Part shown: piece after piece, positions 42,820-51,881 of the stretch
Numbering within the stretch: the first letter of the stretch is position 1
Layout of the letters: every line of letters begins with the position of its first letter
Origin: an uncultured Acidobacteriota bacterium
GTDB lineage: Bacteria; Actinomycetota; Acidimicrobiia; Spongiisociales; ZC4RG35
Length of the DNA stretch: 64,000 nucleotides
Direction: 5' to 3'
Assembly (NCBI GenBank): GCA_963789135.1
Contig: CAWBJJ010000002.1
Span: 87,736-151,735, forward strand
Position numbers and translations under genes: made by a program
Notes under the pieces: model-generated
What the model was told of the DNA's origin: nothing
Databases searched by the model: none
The model's input: only the letters and a program-made list of their open reading frames with translations

Positions 42820-43968
42820 TCAGACCTCGACGGTGATCTTGATCTCGGTCCCGGCCTCGTGGTTGGAGTCGATGTCCACGACCCCGCCGACACTCTCCAC
42901 TCTCTTGGCGAGGCGCTCGTGAACCCGGGTTCGCATCCCGTCGTCGACGAATCCCGATCCCCGATCCCGGACGTGGATGTGGGCATCACCGTTGCTGAAC
43001 TCTGAATAGAGGGCGATGTTGGGAGACCCGGAGTGTTTGGCAGCGTTGGCCAGGGCCTCGCGGGCTGCCTCGATTGCGGCGGCGAGGCTCGGGCTGAGCT
43101 GTGCGTCGTCGCGGATCACTGCTTCGATCTCAACGCGATGTGTGTCCTCGATTTCGTCACGCACCGCCAACAGAGACGCCCGGAAGCTGTTGGGAAATTC
43201 CGAGCGCCATTCTTCGATGTTGCGCCGAAGCTCCCGCTCCTGGCGGCGAGCCAGGTACCTCGACTGGGCCGGGTCGTCGGCGCCCATCCGGATCGCGTGG
43301 AGCGTCTGCAGCACCGAGTCGTGGAGCCGGTCGGCGAGCACCGCCCGCTGCTCGTGCAGCAGAACAACCGCCTGCTCTTCGGCGAGCCGGGCCTGGGCCT
43401 CCTGACGAGCCAAGTCGTAGTCGCGAAGCTTGTCGAATGTCCAACCAACGATCGCGCCGACCACGAAGAAGATCACGCTGCCTGCGGCCCGTACCGCCCC
43501 GAGGTCTGCGATCACGTGGACCAGGAACTGCTCCACTCCGAGCGCCAGGGCAGCTATCAGTGATCCCGGCAGCCCGCCCACCAGGGCGCCGGTGAAGACC
43601 AGGGAGAGGGGCAGGCCACCGTGGAACAGCTCCTCGGCACCGGAGGCGATCGAGGCCGCGCCGATGGCGAGCATGGCGATGGTGTCTAGGAAGAACCAGC
43701 CAACGGTGGACATCGCCTTGGGATGGGCCGCTGCCATGTACCAGGTGAGCAGAGTCCAGACCACGGCTAGGACCACCGAGGCGTAGACGATCCACATCGT
43801 CGGTGGGGGATCCACGGCGATGGTGATCGCGACGAGGATCAGCATCCAGATCAGTCCGAGGAACCGGAAGATCACCACCATGCGGCGCAGGGTGTTCTCC
43901 AGTTCGGCGCTGCCGCGTTTGTTGAAGCTGGCGGCGATCATCGGGTTCGAAGCTAGCGATTCGGACAT
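42820..43968 (-). CDS. membrane sensor histidine kinase, HisKA_3 (NarX/DesK-like) type
   Basis: 382 aa with about 5 N-terminal TM helices. The H-box is DRLHDSVLQTLHAI and the C-terminus is an HATPase_c domain (NAAKHSG...VRDRGSGF). Confidence 0.8.
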   Translation of the reverse strand: MSESLASNPMIAASFNKRGSAELENTLRRMVVIFRFLGLIWMLILVAITIAVDPPPTMWIVYASVVLAVVWTLLTWYMAAAHPKAMSTVGWFFLDTIAMLAIGAASIASGAEELFHGGLPLSLVFTGALVGGLPGSLIAALALGVEQFLVHVIADLGAVRAAGSVIFFVVGAIVGWTFDKLRDYDLARQEAQARLAEEQAVVLLHEQRAVLADRLHDSVLQTLHAIRMGADDPAQSRYLARRQERELRRNIEEWRSEFPNSFRASLLAVRDEIEDTHRVEIEAVIRDDAQLSPSLAAAIEAAREALANAAKHSGSPNIALYSEFSNGDAHIHVRDRGSGFVDDGMRTRVHERLAKRVESVGGVVDIDSNHEAGTEIKITVEV

Positions 43969-44180
43969 TGGGGCGGCCTTTGGGGCTTCCGGGTTGACGC
44001 GGGTCCCTCGGCCCTCGCCCCGACATGAAGGCCGAGGGGGACCGCCGAGGCGGTCCCCCTACGGGTCCCCATTGTCGCTTCGAGGGACGTGGTTTCCCTG
44101 AAGTCCCTCCGGCATCATCGCCCGAGCGGGGGAAGCTGCCTATGGGGGATGTTCCCCACGCCAATCGGGTCGAAACGGAA

Positions 44181-44207
44181 CACGGCCACCGTTAGCCGGT
44201 GGCCGTG
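44181..44207 (-). terminator. hairpin downstream of the small membrane protein gene (putative intrinsic terminator)
   Basis: CACGGCCACCG (44181-44191) pairs with CGGTGGCCGTG (44197-44207) around a 5-nt loop. On the minus strand it is followed by TTCCGTTTCG. It lies about 40 nt after the stop at 44248. Confidence 0.45.
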
Positions 44208-44247
44208 TCTGTCAGCTTCGGGCCCTTGGAGCCCGTCGCAAGAAGAT

Positions 44248-44517
44248 TCAGATGATTTGGCCGATGACCGGGATCGCCACCATGACGGCGCCGAGAGTCG
44301 CCAGTCGGATGACCGACGGCCGCATGGCGGCACGGATCGAAGTGGCGGCCATCGCCACCCCGAGCAGTACGAAGATCCAGAGCCCTTCGGTCCCCATGCT
44401 CGCCAGGAGCAGGACCAAAGTGGCCAGCATCAGACCGATGATGGCGACGAGGGCACGGGTGACTTTGCCGATCGGGTGGGAAGCCCAGTCATTGACGAAT
44501 GCGTTCGCAGTGGTCAT
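44248..44517 (-). CDS. small membrane protein (89 aa), hypothetical
   Basis: Three hydrophobic helices. No recognisable family. Confidence 0.5.
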   Translation of the reverse strand: MTTANAFVNDWASHPIGKVTRALVAIIGLMLATLVLLLASMGTEGLWIFVLLGVAMAATSIRAAMRPSVIRLATLGAVMVAIPVIGQII

Positions 44518-44568
44518 AACGCATCGGTTATCGGCCCTGGAACGCGATTTCTTGATGGGGCGGGCGAC

Positions 44569-47304
44569 CTACCAGCGGCTGAGCAGCCAAACCTCGGGTT
44601 GCCAGTCACCGGTGCCGATCCCGGAGAAGAGGGTTACCGCCTTGGTCAGTTCGAGATTGGCTTCATCGTCACGCCCCGCCCGGTGGTGGATGTCCGCGAG
44701 ATGGTTGTGCAGGGCGGCCTCCCGATGGCGATTGCCGGTCCGCTCTGCGATGACAACGGCCTCGGTCACCATCCTCGCCGCCGAGTCGAGGTCGCCAGAC
44801 TCGGCCAGGAGGTGGGCCCGATTGTTGAGCCCCGCAAGTCGGAGCAGGTCGTCGTCGCCGGCTAGTTCCAGAGCCCTGTCGAGGTGTTGGGCCGCGCTTG
44901 CCGGATCCGCGGCAGACGACTCCGATGATGTTGTGGACCCGGGAGAGTTGAGCCGGCTCGGCATCGGCCCCCAACAGCTCCATCGACTTCGATGCCAATT
45001 CGTCGGCGCCCGCCGACGTCCCCGAGCCGGTGCCTGAGCAGGGCCCAGTCGGCATACAGGTCATAAGCGTGATTGGCGTCGGCCGACCTCGAGAAATGTT
45101 CCTCGGCCAACTCGAACTTGCCCAGCAGTCTTTGCACCTCGCCGAGCCGATGCTCCGCGACCGCGAGCAGCGGACCGTCTGCCCTCGCCGCCGCAATGCT
45201 GAGCTCGGTCAGCGCCTCGTCGTAGTCACCGACCACCATCGCCACTTCACCGAGGGCGAGATGGATCGATGCCGGGTCGTCGTGTCCCAATCCGAGAGCC
45301 TTGCGGTACATCTCTCGGGCCTCGGCGTGGGCGTAGACCTGGCGGGCCAGGTCACCGGCACGCCGATACCAGTCGGCCGCGGACTCGGAGCCGGCTCCCT
45401 CGTGCTGGGCCGCGATCGCGGCGACCAGCCGCGGATCGGAACCGGCCCCCGGCCGTTGTGCGAGCGCCGAGGCAGCGCGTCGATGGAGCAAGCGGCGCCT
45501 GGTCAGCGAAGTCGACTCGTACGCCAGACGCTCCAGTGCCTCCAGGGTGAAGCGAAGGCCATCGCCTTCGGCAACTTCATGGAGAAGGCCCGCAGCCACC
45601 AATTCCTCGACAGCGTCGACGACCTCCTCCTCGGTGCGGCCACTGGTCTCTCTGAGAAGCCCGGAGTCGCAGGAGCCATCGAGCACCGCGGCCGCCGTGA
45701 CCACCTGGCGGCCGAGATCACTCAGGTCCCGCAGCCTCGCCTCCATGTAGCGGACCATGCCCTTGGCTTCGATGCCGACCCCTGCCAAGTCATCGGTCAC
45801 CAGCAGGGGGATCCCACCGGTGCGCTGATGGAGGTCGATCGCGGCTTCCCGGGACCCGGCGGCTGACATCAACTGATCGACCGTCAACGGCTCCAGCTCG
45901 ATTCGGTGGCCGACACTGCTCACGAGACCTTCGATGACAGCGGACACCGGATCTCCTGACCGAATCGCTGCCACCAGCAGAAGGCTCGTCTGGTCGACGC
46001 GCACGAGCCAGATATGAGATCAGTCCCGCCGAGGCCGGGTCCAGCCACTGCGCATCGTCGATCATCAGGACCATCGGCTTCGCCTTCGAAAGCTCTCGCA
46101 GCAGTGTGAAAGCGCCATCGAAGAGCCGCAGCTCACCGAAAGGGTCGGTCAACTCCTGCGTCGGCTGCTGGCGGTTGATCTCCGGGACCAGCCTCCCCAC
46201 CTCGACGATGCGCCCACGCCGAGAGCCGCTCTCGTTCCGCTTCGATCAGATCGCGGGCCGGCGCGGAGCAATTGGGTCGCGACACCGAAGGGAAGGCTTT
46301 GTTCCATGCGGATAGGCCCGTCCGATGAGTGTCGAGTAGCCCGGCGTCGGCCCGCGACAGCCTCGAGTTCCTCGAGCAAACGGGTCTTCCCCATCCACGG
46401 AGGGCCGGTGATCGAGACTGTCTCGCCACCATTGCCAAGCCGGTCCAACGCGGACCCCAGCAGTCCAAGCTCGTCGACGCGGTCGATGAGGTCGCTGCTC
46501 TCCGGAGCCGACGGCGGGCTGCGCCCGGACTCGCTTCCTCGTCCCCGGCGCCGGCGGCAGGTCCTCGTCGAGGATCGCCTCGTAGAGCTCGGTTGTCTCC
46601 TCGAGCGGCGGGACTCCGAGCTCCTGATCGAGCACCGCGGTGCAGCGGCGGTATGCCTCGACGGCTCCGGGCCGATCTCCCGCCCAGGCGTTGAGGAGCA
46701 TCAGCGAGCGATGGGCAGGCTCGTGTAGCTGGTCGAGGTCGATCCACCGAGCCACTGCGTCGATGGCTGCCTGGTAGTCACCTTCGGCTGCCAGCGCCGT
46801 CGCCAGACCGGTCGAAGGCCTCGCCGACCCTGATCCGGGTCGACTCGGCGACACTCCTCGCCCAGTCGTCGAACTCTGCCGAGGCCTGGACGGAGAAGCC
46901 TGCAAGGAAGTCGCCCCGGAAGAGCTCGACGGCTCGGGACAGATGGGGAATGCAGCGGGTGCAAACGTCATGAGGGTCGTGGCCGTGTCGGTCGTCGCCT
47001 TCAACTCGCGGGTCGAAGAGATCGATGTCGGAGGTGACGTCACCGACCAGCGTCACCATGGTTGCGGTCGGCCTCGATCAGGTCACTGCCAGCGGCACCG
47101 CGCAGCGTCGACAGGGTGCGACGCAAGCGTCGCCCGGGCCCGGTCCTGTGGTGAGTCCGCCCACAAGAGACCGGCCAGGGTGTCCCTGGTCGCCGACCGT
47201 TCCACGACCAGGTAGGCGAGTAGCGGCGATCGCCTTGCGGGTGTCCACCTCGACGGGTGCCGTTGGCGAGACACGCGGGGGCCGAGCAGTTCCACGTTGA
47301 GCAT
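44569..47304 (-). pseudogene. SARP/AfsR-like regulator (winged-helix + BTAD + AAA/NB-ARC-like ATPase + TPR), heavily frameshifted
   Basis: Family-typical segments sit in at least nine different frame blocks. They include MLNVELLGP, PVEVDTRKAIAA, LLAYLVVERSATRDTLAGLLWADSPQDRARATL, RRTLSTLRGAAGSDLIEADRN and VTLVGDVTSDIDLF...LFRGDFLAGF. Further blocks are ...YQAAIDAVARWIDLDQLHEPAHRSLMLLNAWAGDRPGAVEAYRRCTAVLDQELGVPPLEETTELYEAI, VSITGPPWMGKTRLLEEL (Walker A), PMVLMIDDAQWLD (Walker B), a long helical/TPR region, and a C-terminal TPR block. Confidence 0.75.
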
Positions 47305-47558
47305 GTTGGTGTCGGGGGCGGAGGTGAAGATAGACCCGCGTTACGAGATATGACCGATCGCTGCTCCCGGAACGCGAGCGAGTCTCCGTTTCACTTACGT
47401 AACGGTTCGATACCAATCTCCCTACCATGAGGGAATCGGTGGGTGGGGTCGAGAGGCGCGGTGTCCGCGGCCGCATTGGCTGTTGTCGGTCTTGAGCCTT
47501 GTGCTGTTCGGCAGCTTTTCTGCGGGTGGCGTGGTCGGCTGGTGGCCAGTGCAGACGG

Positions 47559-48620
47559 ATGTCGACGTCTTTCGTGAACCTGGGAATGATGCTTCTCTTC
47601 CTCGTCCTCGGCCCCATGATCTTGTGGAAGGCCAACGGAAATCGGGTGGGTTGGGCCTTCTCCGCCATCGGTCTTTTTCTCCTGTGTGCGGCCATTGCCG
47701 GAGGAATGGCAGACCGGGGGATGCTGGTTGGAGGTGCGATCGGCGGGGCGTTCTGGCTCTCTTGGATCATCGGCCTGGGGCTTCTCGTCCTCTGGTTCCC
47801 TACCGGTCAGGTACCGACGCCGCGGTGGAGGTGGCTCGAGTGGCTCGGCTTCTCTCTCGTGGCCATGACCTTCATCACCTACACCTTTGCCGATCAGCTC
47901 TGTGTCGAATCCGACGGGGCGTGCTTGGAATGGGTGGACAATCCGATCGGTATACCGGGGATGCCCAACCCCGAATACGGATGGCTCTCAATTCCGCTGT
48001 TTTCCCTCTACCCGGTCTTCATGGGAGCGGTCGTTTTCTCTCTGTTCCTCCGGTTCCGCCGTGCGCGGTCTGTGGAGAGGCTGCAGCTGAAGTGGTTCCT
48101 CTTCGCCTGTGGCTCCGCGGTCGTCGCCCTAATCACGGAGTTCGTCTTCGAGAGTGTGGGGATCGGCGAGCCGCCCTGGTGGTTGGACGCATGGATCAGT
48201 CTCTCCTTCCTGGCAATACCGATCGCCGCCACCCTCGCCATTCTCCGCTATCGGCTGTATGAGATCGATCGGATCATCTCTCGCACGGTCTCCTATGCCC
48301 TGGTGGTGGCGCTGCTGGCAGCGGTGTATCTGGGAGCCCTGACCTGGCTCACCACCCTGCTCCCTGACCAGTCCCAGTTGGTGGTCGCCGCTGCCACCCT
48401 TGGAGTTGCCTTCCTGTTCAACCCGCTACGGCGTCGGGTGCAATCTGCGGTCGATCGCCGTTTCAACCGATCGCGATATGACTCCCAGCGAGTGATGGAT
48501 GGCTTCGCCGAGTCGCTGCGTGATGAGGTGGACAGCGATCAGGTGATGAGCGGCTGGGTAGGCGTTGTCGCCGAGACCATGCAACCGTCCTCGGTCGCGG
48601 TCTGGGTCAGGGACCGATGA
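47559..48620 (+). CDS. polytopic membrane sensor-module protein, array paralog P1
   Basis: Shares KANGNRVGW, FRRARSVERLQLKW, LRYRLYEIDRIISRTVSY, FNPLRRRVQSAVDRRFNRSRYDSQRVMDGFAESL and the tail ETMQPSSVAVWVRDR. An additional TM-like segment (LSLVLFGSFSAGGVVGWW) lies upstream in another frame from 47483/47492, so the 5' end may be frameshifted or truncated. Confidence 0.75.
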   Translation: MSTSFVNLGMMLLFLVLGPMILWKANGNRVGWAFSAIGLFLLCAAIAGGMADRGMLVGGAIGGAFWLSWIIGLGLLVLWFPTGQVPTPRWRWLEWLGFSLVAMTFITYTFADQLCVESDGACLEWVDNPIGIPGMPNPEYGWLSIPLFSLYPVFMGAVVFSLFLRFRRARSVERLQLKWFLFACGSAVVALITEFVFESVGIGEPPWWLDAWISLSFLAIPIAATLAILRYRLYEIDRIISRTVSYALVVALLAAVYLGALTWLTTLLPDQSQLVVAAATLGVAFLFNPLRRRVQSAVDRRFNRSRYDSQRVMDGFAESLRDEVDSDQVMSGWVGVVAETMQPSSVAVWVRDR

Positions 48621-49741
48621 TCCGGCGGCTCCTCCTGATCCCTCGCACTGATCGTCTCGGTTGGTGGGATCGTCGCTGCGGCCATGAGCCCGGCACTGGC
48701 GGGCGGTGATGCGATGTGGCCGGTCGCGTGGTTGCCCTGGGCGCCCGTCGGCTATTTGATACTGCTCAAACGCCCCGGAAACAACGTAGGTTCGGCCTTG
48801 CTTACCATTGGGCTCTCGTGGGGTGCCGGCTTCCTGTGTCTGGCCCTCGCCAATCGGGTCACCTCTCCGGTTGCGGGAGCTTGGATCGAGTTGACCAACT
48901 CGATCTTCGGTGTCCTTCCCTGGATGGGGATCGTTTGGCTGCTTCTCATCTTCCCCAGTGGGCGTCTCGAGGGGCGGGCCGAGAGGGTCATTGCCACGCT
49001 CGTGGCGCTGGCCACCTTCGTCATGGTGACCGCGTTCGCGGTGAGCTCGGTGCCCATGGAAGAGACTGGGCTCACCAGCCCGTTGGCGGTGCCCGCTCTG
49101 GCGACCATCGCGGCAGCACTCGTCGAGGACAGCTCCTTCTTCGCCGTGATTGTCCTTGCCGCAGCGGCGCTCGTTGTCACGCTTCGCCGCTGGTTCCGGA
49201 GCAGTGGCGTCGAGCGCCTTCAGTACCGGTGGCTGATCCTGGGGGCAACGGCGTATGTGGTGATCGCGGTCGCCGGACAGCTGATGCCTGATGACAGCCC
49301 TTTCGATTTTCTCTGGCTGGCAGGGGGCTGGCGATTCCGATCTCGATCGGGATCGCCATCCTCCGATATCGCCTCTACGAGATCGACAGGATCATCTCCC
49401 GCTCCGTCACTTACGCAATGGTGGTGGGGCTGCTGGCGGTGGTGTACATGGGGGCCCTCACCTGGCTCACGACCCTGCTCCCTGACCAATCCCAACTGGT
49501 GGTCGCCGCAGTCACCCTGGGAGTGGCCTTCTTGTTCAACCCGTGCGACGGAAAGTCCAGGCAGGCGTCGACCACCGGTTCAATCGGTCCCGCTACGACG
49601 CGCAACGGGTGATGGATGGGTTCGCCGAGCTCACTGCGGGACCAGGTCGACGGGAGGGACATGATGACCGGCTGGGTGGGGGTGGTCTCGGAGACCATGC
49701 AACCGTCCTCGGTCGGGGTCTGGGTCAGGGAGAGCGCTTGA
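48617..49741 (+). pseudogene. array paralog P2, three to four frameshifts
   Basis: The ATG at 48617 overlaps the P1 stop (ATGA). Segments run MIRRLLLI / LALIVSVGG...KRPGNNVGS...RRWFRSSGVERLQYRW...FLWLAGG. They continue AIPISIGIAILRYRLYEIDRIISRSVTYAMVV...FLFNP / RRKVQAGVDHRFNRSRYDAQRVMDGFAE / LRDQVDGRDMMTGWVGVVSETMQPSSVGVWVRESA. Shifts lie near 48640(?), 49325, 49548 and 49632. Confidence 0.75.
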
Positions 49742-50835
49742 GCATTCGCCCCAGACTCTTGCTGGTCGGCGCGGTGGGCTCGTACACCATCGCCACCCTG
49801 TTGGTTGGACTGTTCAGGGATGGGATGACCGGGGGAGGTTTCGTGTTCGCCGTGGGGAGCCTGGCCTTCTACTCGGTCGCCGCGGTGCTGGTGATGAAGG
49901 TCCCGGATAACCGGCTCTCGTGGCTTCTGATCCTCGTGTCCTTCGGCCTCGCCGTGCTGGGTCACCTGGACGGGAGCCCGGAAGGCTCTCTGCGGGAAGT
50001 GGTGGGCGGTCTTGCCTTGTTCGCGGTCGTCCTCCCCGGCATCGGTGTCTTCATCCCGCTCTGGTTCCCTACCGGCACGAGTCCCACTCCCCGCTGGCGT
50101 TGGGTGGGGTGGATGGCCTCTCTAGGTGTGCTCGGCATCGTGCTCGGGTTCACCTTGGTCGTTTATGTCGACGGAGGCGGAAGCGACATCAATTCCTGTG
50201 CCTCGGTTGGGTCCTGTTCCAGCATCGTTGGCCTGATTCTGACTCTCGGATCAATTGTCGGCGGCATCGCAGCTCTGATCATCCGCTGGATCCGTTCCGA
50301 GGGAGTGGAGCGACTGCAGATGAAATGGCTGGTGCTTGCTTTCGTGGTGTTCGGGATCGGGGCTTACGCCGAGTTCGGGGGCTTCCAGTATTCCGTTGTC
50401 GCCAACGTCTTCTTTCCCGCCGGGGTCGCCCTGATCCCGATCTCGATCGGGACCGCCTTGCTCCGCTACCGCTTGTACGAGATCGATCGGATCCTGTCCA
50501 GGACGGTGTCTTACACGATGGTCGTCGCTCTGCTCGCCGGCGTCTTCTTCGGTGCCGTGACCTTGCTCACCTCGATTCTCTCCACGGAAAGCGACTTGGT
50601 CACCGCGGCCGCCACGCTATTGGTGGCCGGCATGTTCAATCCGATGCGAAAGCGGATCCAAGGGTGGGTCGACCGCCGCTTCAACCGGTCGCGGTACGAC
50701 GCGCAGCGGGTGATGGACGGGTTTGCCGACTCATTGCGGGACGGGGCGGACGGCATCGAGGTGACCCAGGGCTGGATCGAAGTGGTTTCCGAGACCATGC
50801 AGCCATCGGCGGTCGGCATCTGGGTGAGATCTTGA
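49738..50835 (+). CDS. array paralog P3
   Basis: The TTG start overlaps the P2 stop (TTGA). Carries KVPDNRLSW, IRWIRSEGVERLQMKW, LRYRLYEIDRILSRTVSY, FNPMRKRIQGWVDRRFNRSRYDAQRVMDGFADSL and the tail ETMQPSAVGIWVRS. Exact start codon not proven. Confidence 0.75.
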   Translation: MSIRPRLLLVGAVGSYTIATLLVGLFRDGMTGGGFVFAVGSLAFYSVAAVLVMKVPDNRLSWLLILVSFGLAVLGHLDGSPEGSLREVVGGLALFAVVLPGIGVFIPLWFPTGTSPTPRWRWVGWMASLGVLGIVLGFTLVVYVDGGGSDINSCASVGSCSSIVGLILTLGSIVGGIAALIIRWIRSEGVERLQMKWLVLAFVVFGIGAYAEFGGFQYSVVANVFFPAGVALIPISIGTALLRYRLYEIDRILSRTVSYTMVVALLAGVFFGAVTLLTSILSTESDLVTAAATLLVAGMFNPMRKRIQGWVDRRFNRSRYDAQRVMDGFADSLRDGADGIEVTQGWIEVVSETMQPSAVGIWVRS

Positions 50836-51881
50836 GCCGAGCTGCGGCCGCGATCGTCGTGGTGGGAATCCTTGTCGGGGCGGGTCTGACAGCTGTTGCA
50901 GAGGTGTCGTTTGCGGTCGTGATCCTGGCATTCGGCGCCACCGGCCTGATCATGGCGCTACGAGTCCCAGGAAACGTGATCGGGCGCGTCTTCCTGATGG
51001 CAACTGCCTGTTGGGCAGTGGCCGGGTCGGCCGAGCTCCTGTTCGTCGAGCCCCTCAGCTCGGTGGTTTTCACAATGACTTTCTTTCCCGGCCTGGCGCT
51101 TGCGGTTGTCGCTCTGTTGGCGTTGTTCCCCTCCGGGCGAGTTCTTTCGTCCGGCTGGCGTTGGTTGATCTGGGCGGCAGTGGCATTCGGAGCCATGGGC
51201 GGCCTGGGCAACCTGCTGGTGGAGATCGACGTCGGACGAACAGCGGGCGAACTGATGGTCGGCCTTGCCGGGATTTCGCTGATAGCCGGAGTCGGTGGGG
51301 GCATCGCGTCTCTCGTGATCCGATACCGGAGAGGCAGTGATGTCGAGCGCCAACAGTTGAAGTGGTTCCTGGTGGCCTCATTCGCCGTCCCTGTTTCGCT
51401 GATCGCGGGGGAGCTCTTCATCGATCACCCCTACCTCCAGAGCGTCATCGTCTCGGCCGGTTTGATTCCACTTCCCGTCGCGGTCGCCATAGCCGTCCTT
51501 CGCTATCGGCTTTATGAAATCGACCGGATCCTCTCGCGCACCGTGTCCTACACCCTGGTCGTGGGCTCCCTGGCCGCGGTGTTCTTCGGGACGGTGACCT
51601 TGCTCACGTCGATTCTCTCCACTTCCAGCGATCTGGTGACTGCGGCGGCCACCCTTCTCGTGGCAGGACTCTTCAACCCGGTGCGTCGAAGGGTCCAGGC
51701 ATGGGTGGACCGTCGATTCAACCGCTCCCGATACGACGCGCAGATGGTGATGGATCAGTTCTCTGAGTCGCTACGCGACATGGTGGATCCAAACGCCGTT
51801 GTTAGAGGATGGCTTGGAGTGGTGTCGGAGACCATGCAACCAGTGGCCATGACGGTGTGGGTGTCGGAGACCAGAGCATGA
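50832..51881 (+). CDS. array paralog P4
   Basis: The TTG start overlaps the P3 stop (TTGA). Carries RVPGNVIGR, IRYRRGSDVERQQLKW, LRYRLYEIDRILSRTVSY, FNPVRRRVQAWVDRRFNRSRYDAQMVMDQFSESL and the tail ETMQPVAMTVWVSETRA. The ORF-track entry 49920..51881 is longer only because the frame stays open across P3. Confidence 0.75.
   Translation: MSRAAAAIVVVGILVGAGLTAVAEVSFAVVILAFGATGLIMALRVPGNVIGRVFLMATACWAVAGSAELLFVEPLSSVVFTMTFFPGLALAVVALLALFPSGRVLSSGWRWLIWAAVAFGAMGGLGNLLVEIDVGRTAGELMVGLAGISLIAGVGGGIASLVIRYRRGSDVERQQLKWFLVASFAVPVSLIAGELFIDHPYLQSVIVSAGLIPLPVAVAIAVLRYRLYEIDRILSRTVSYTLVVGSLAAVFFGTVTLLTSILSTSSDLVTAAATLLVAGLFNPVRRRVQAWVDRRFNRSRYDAQMVMDQFSESLRDMVDPNAVVRGWLGVVSETMQPVAMTVWVSETRA

Noticed and set aside
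47395-47402. The 8-bp palindrome TTACGTAA, with nearby GTTACG/CGTAAC inverted copies, in the SARP-array divergent intergenic region.
   Set aside because: Too short for confidence. It does not resemble the phased heptamer direct repeats expected for SARP binding, and I cannot test conservation.
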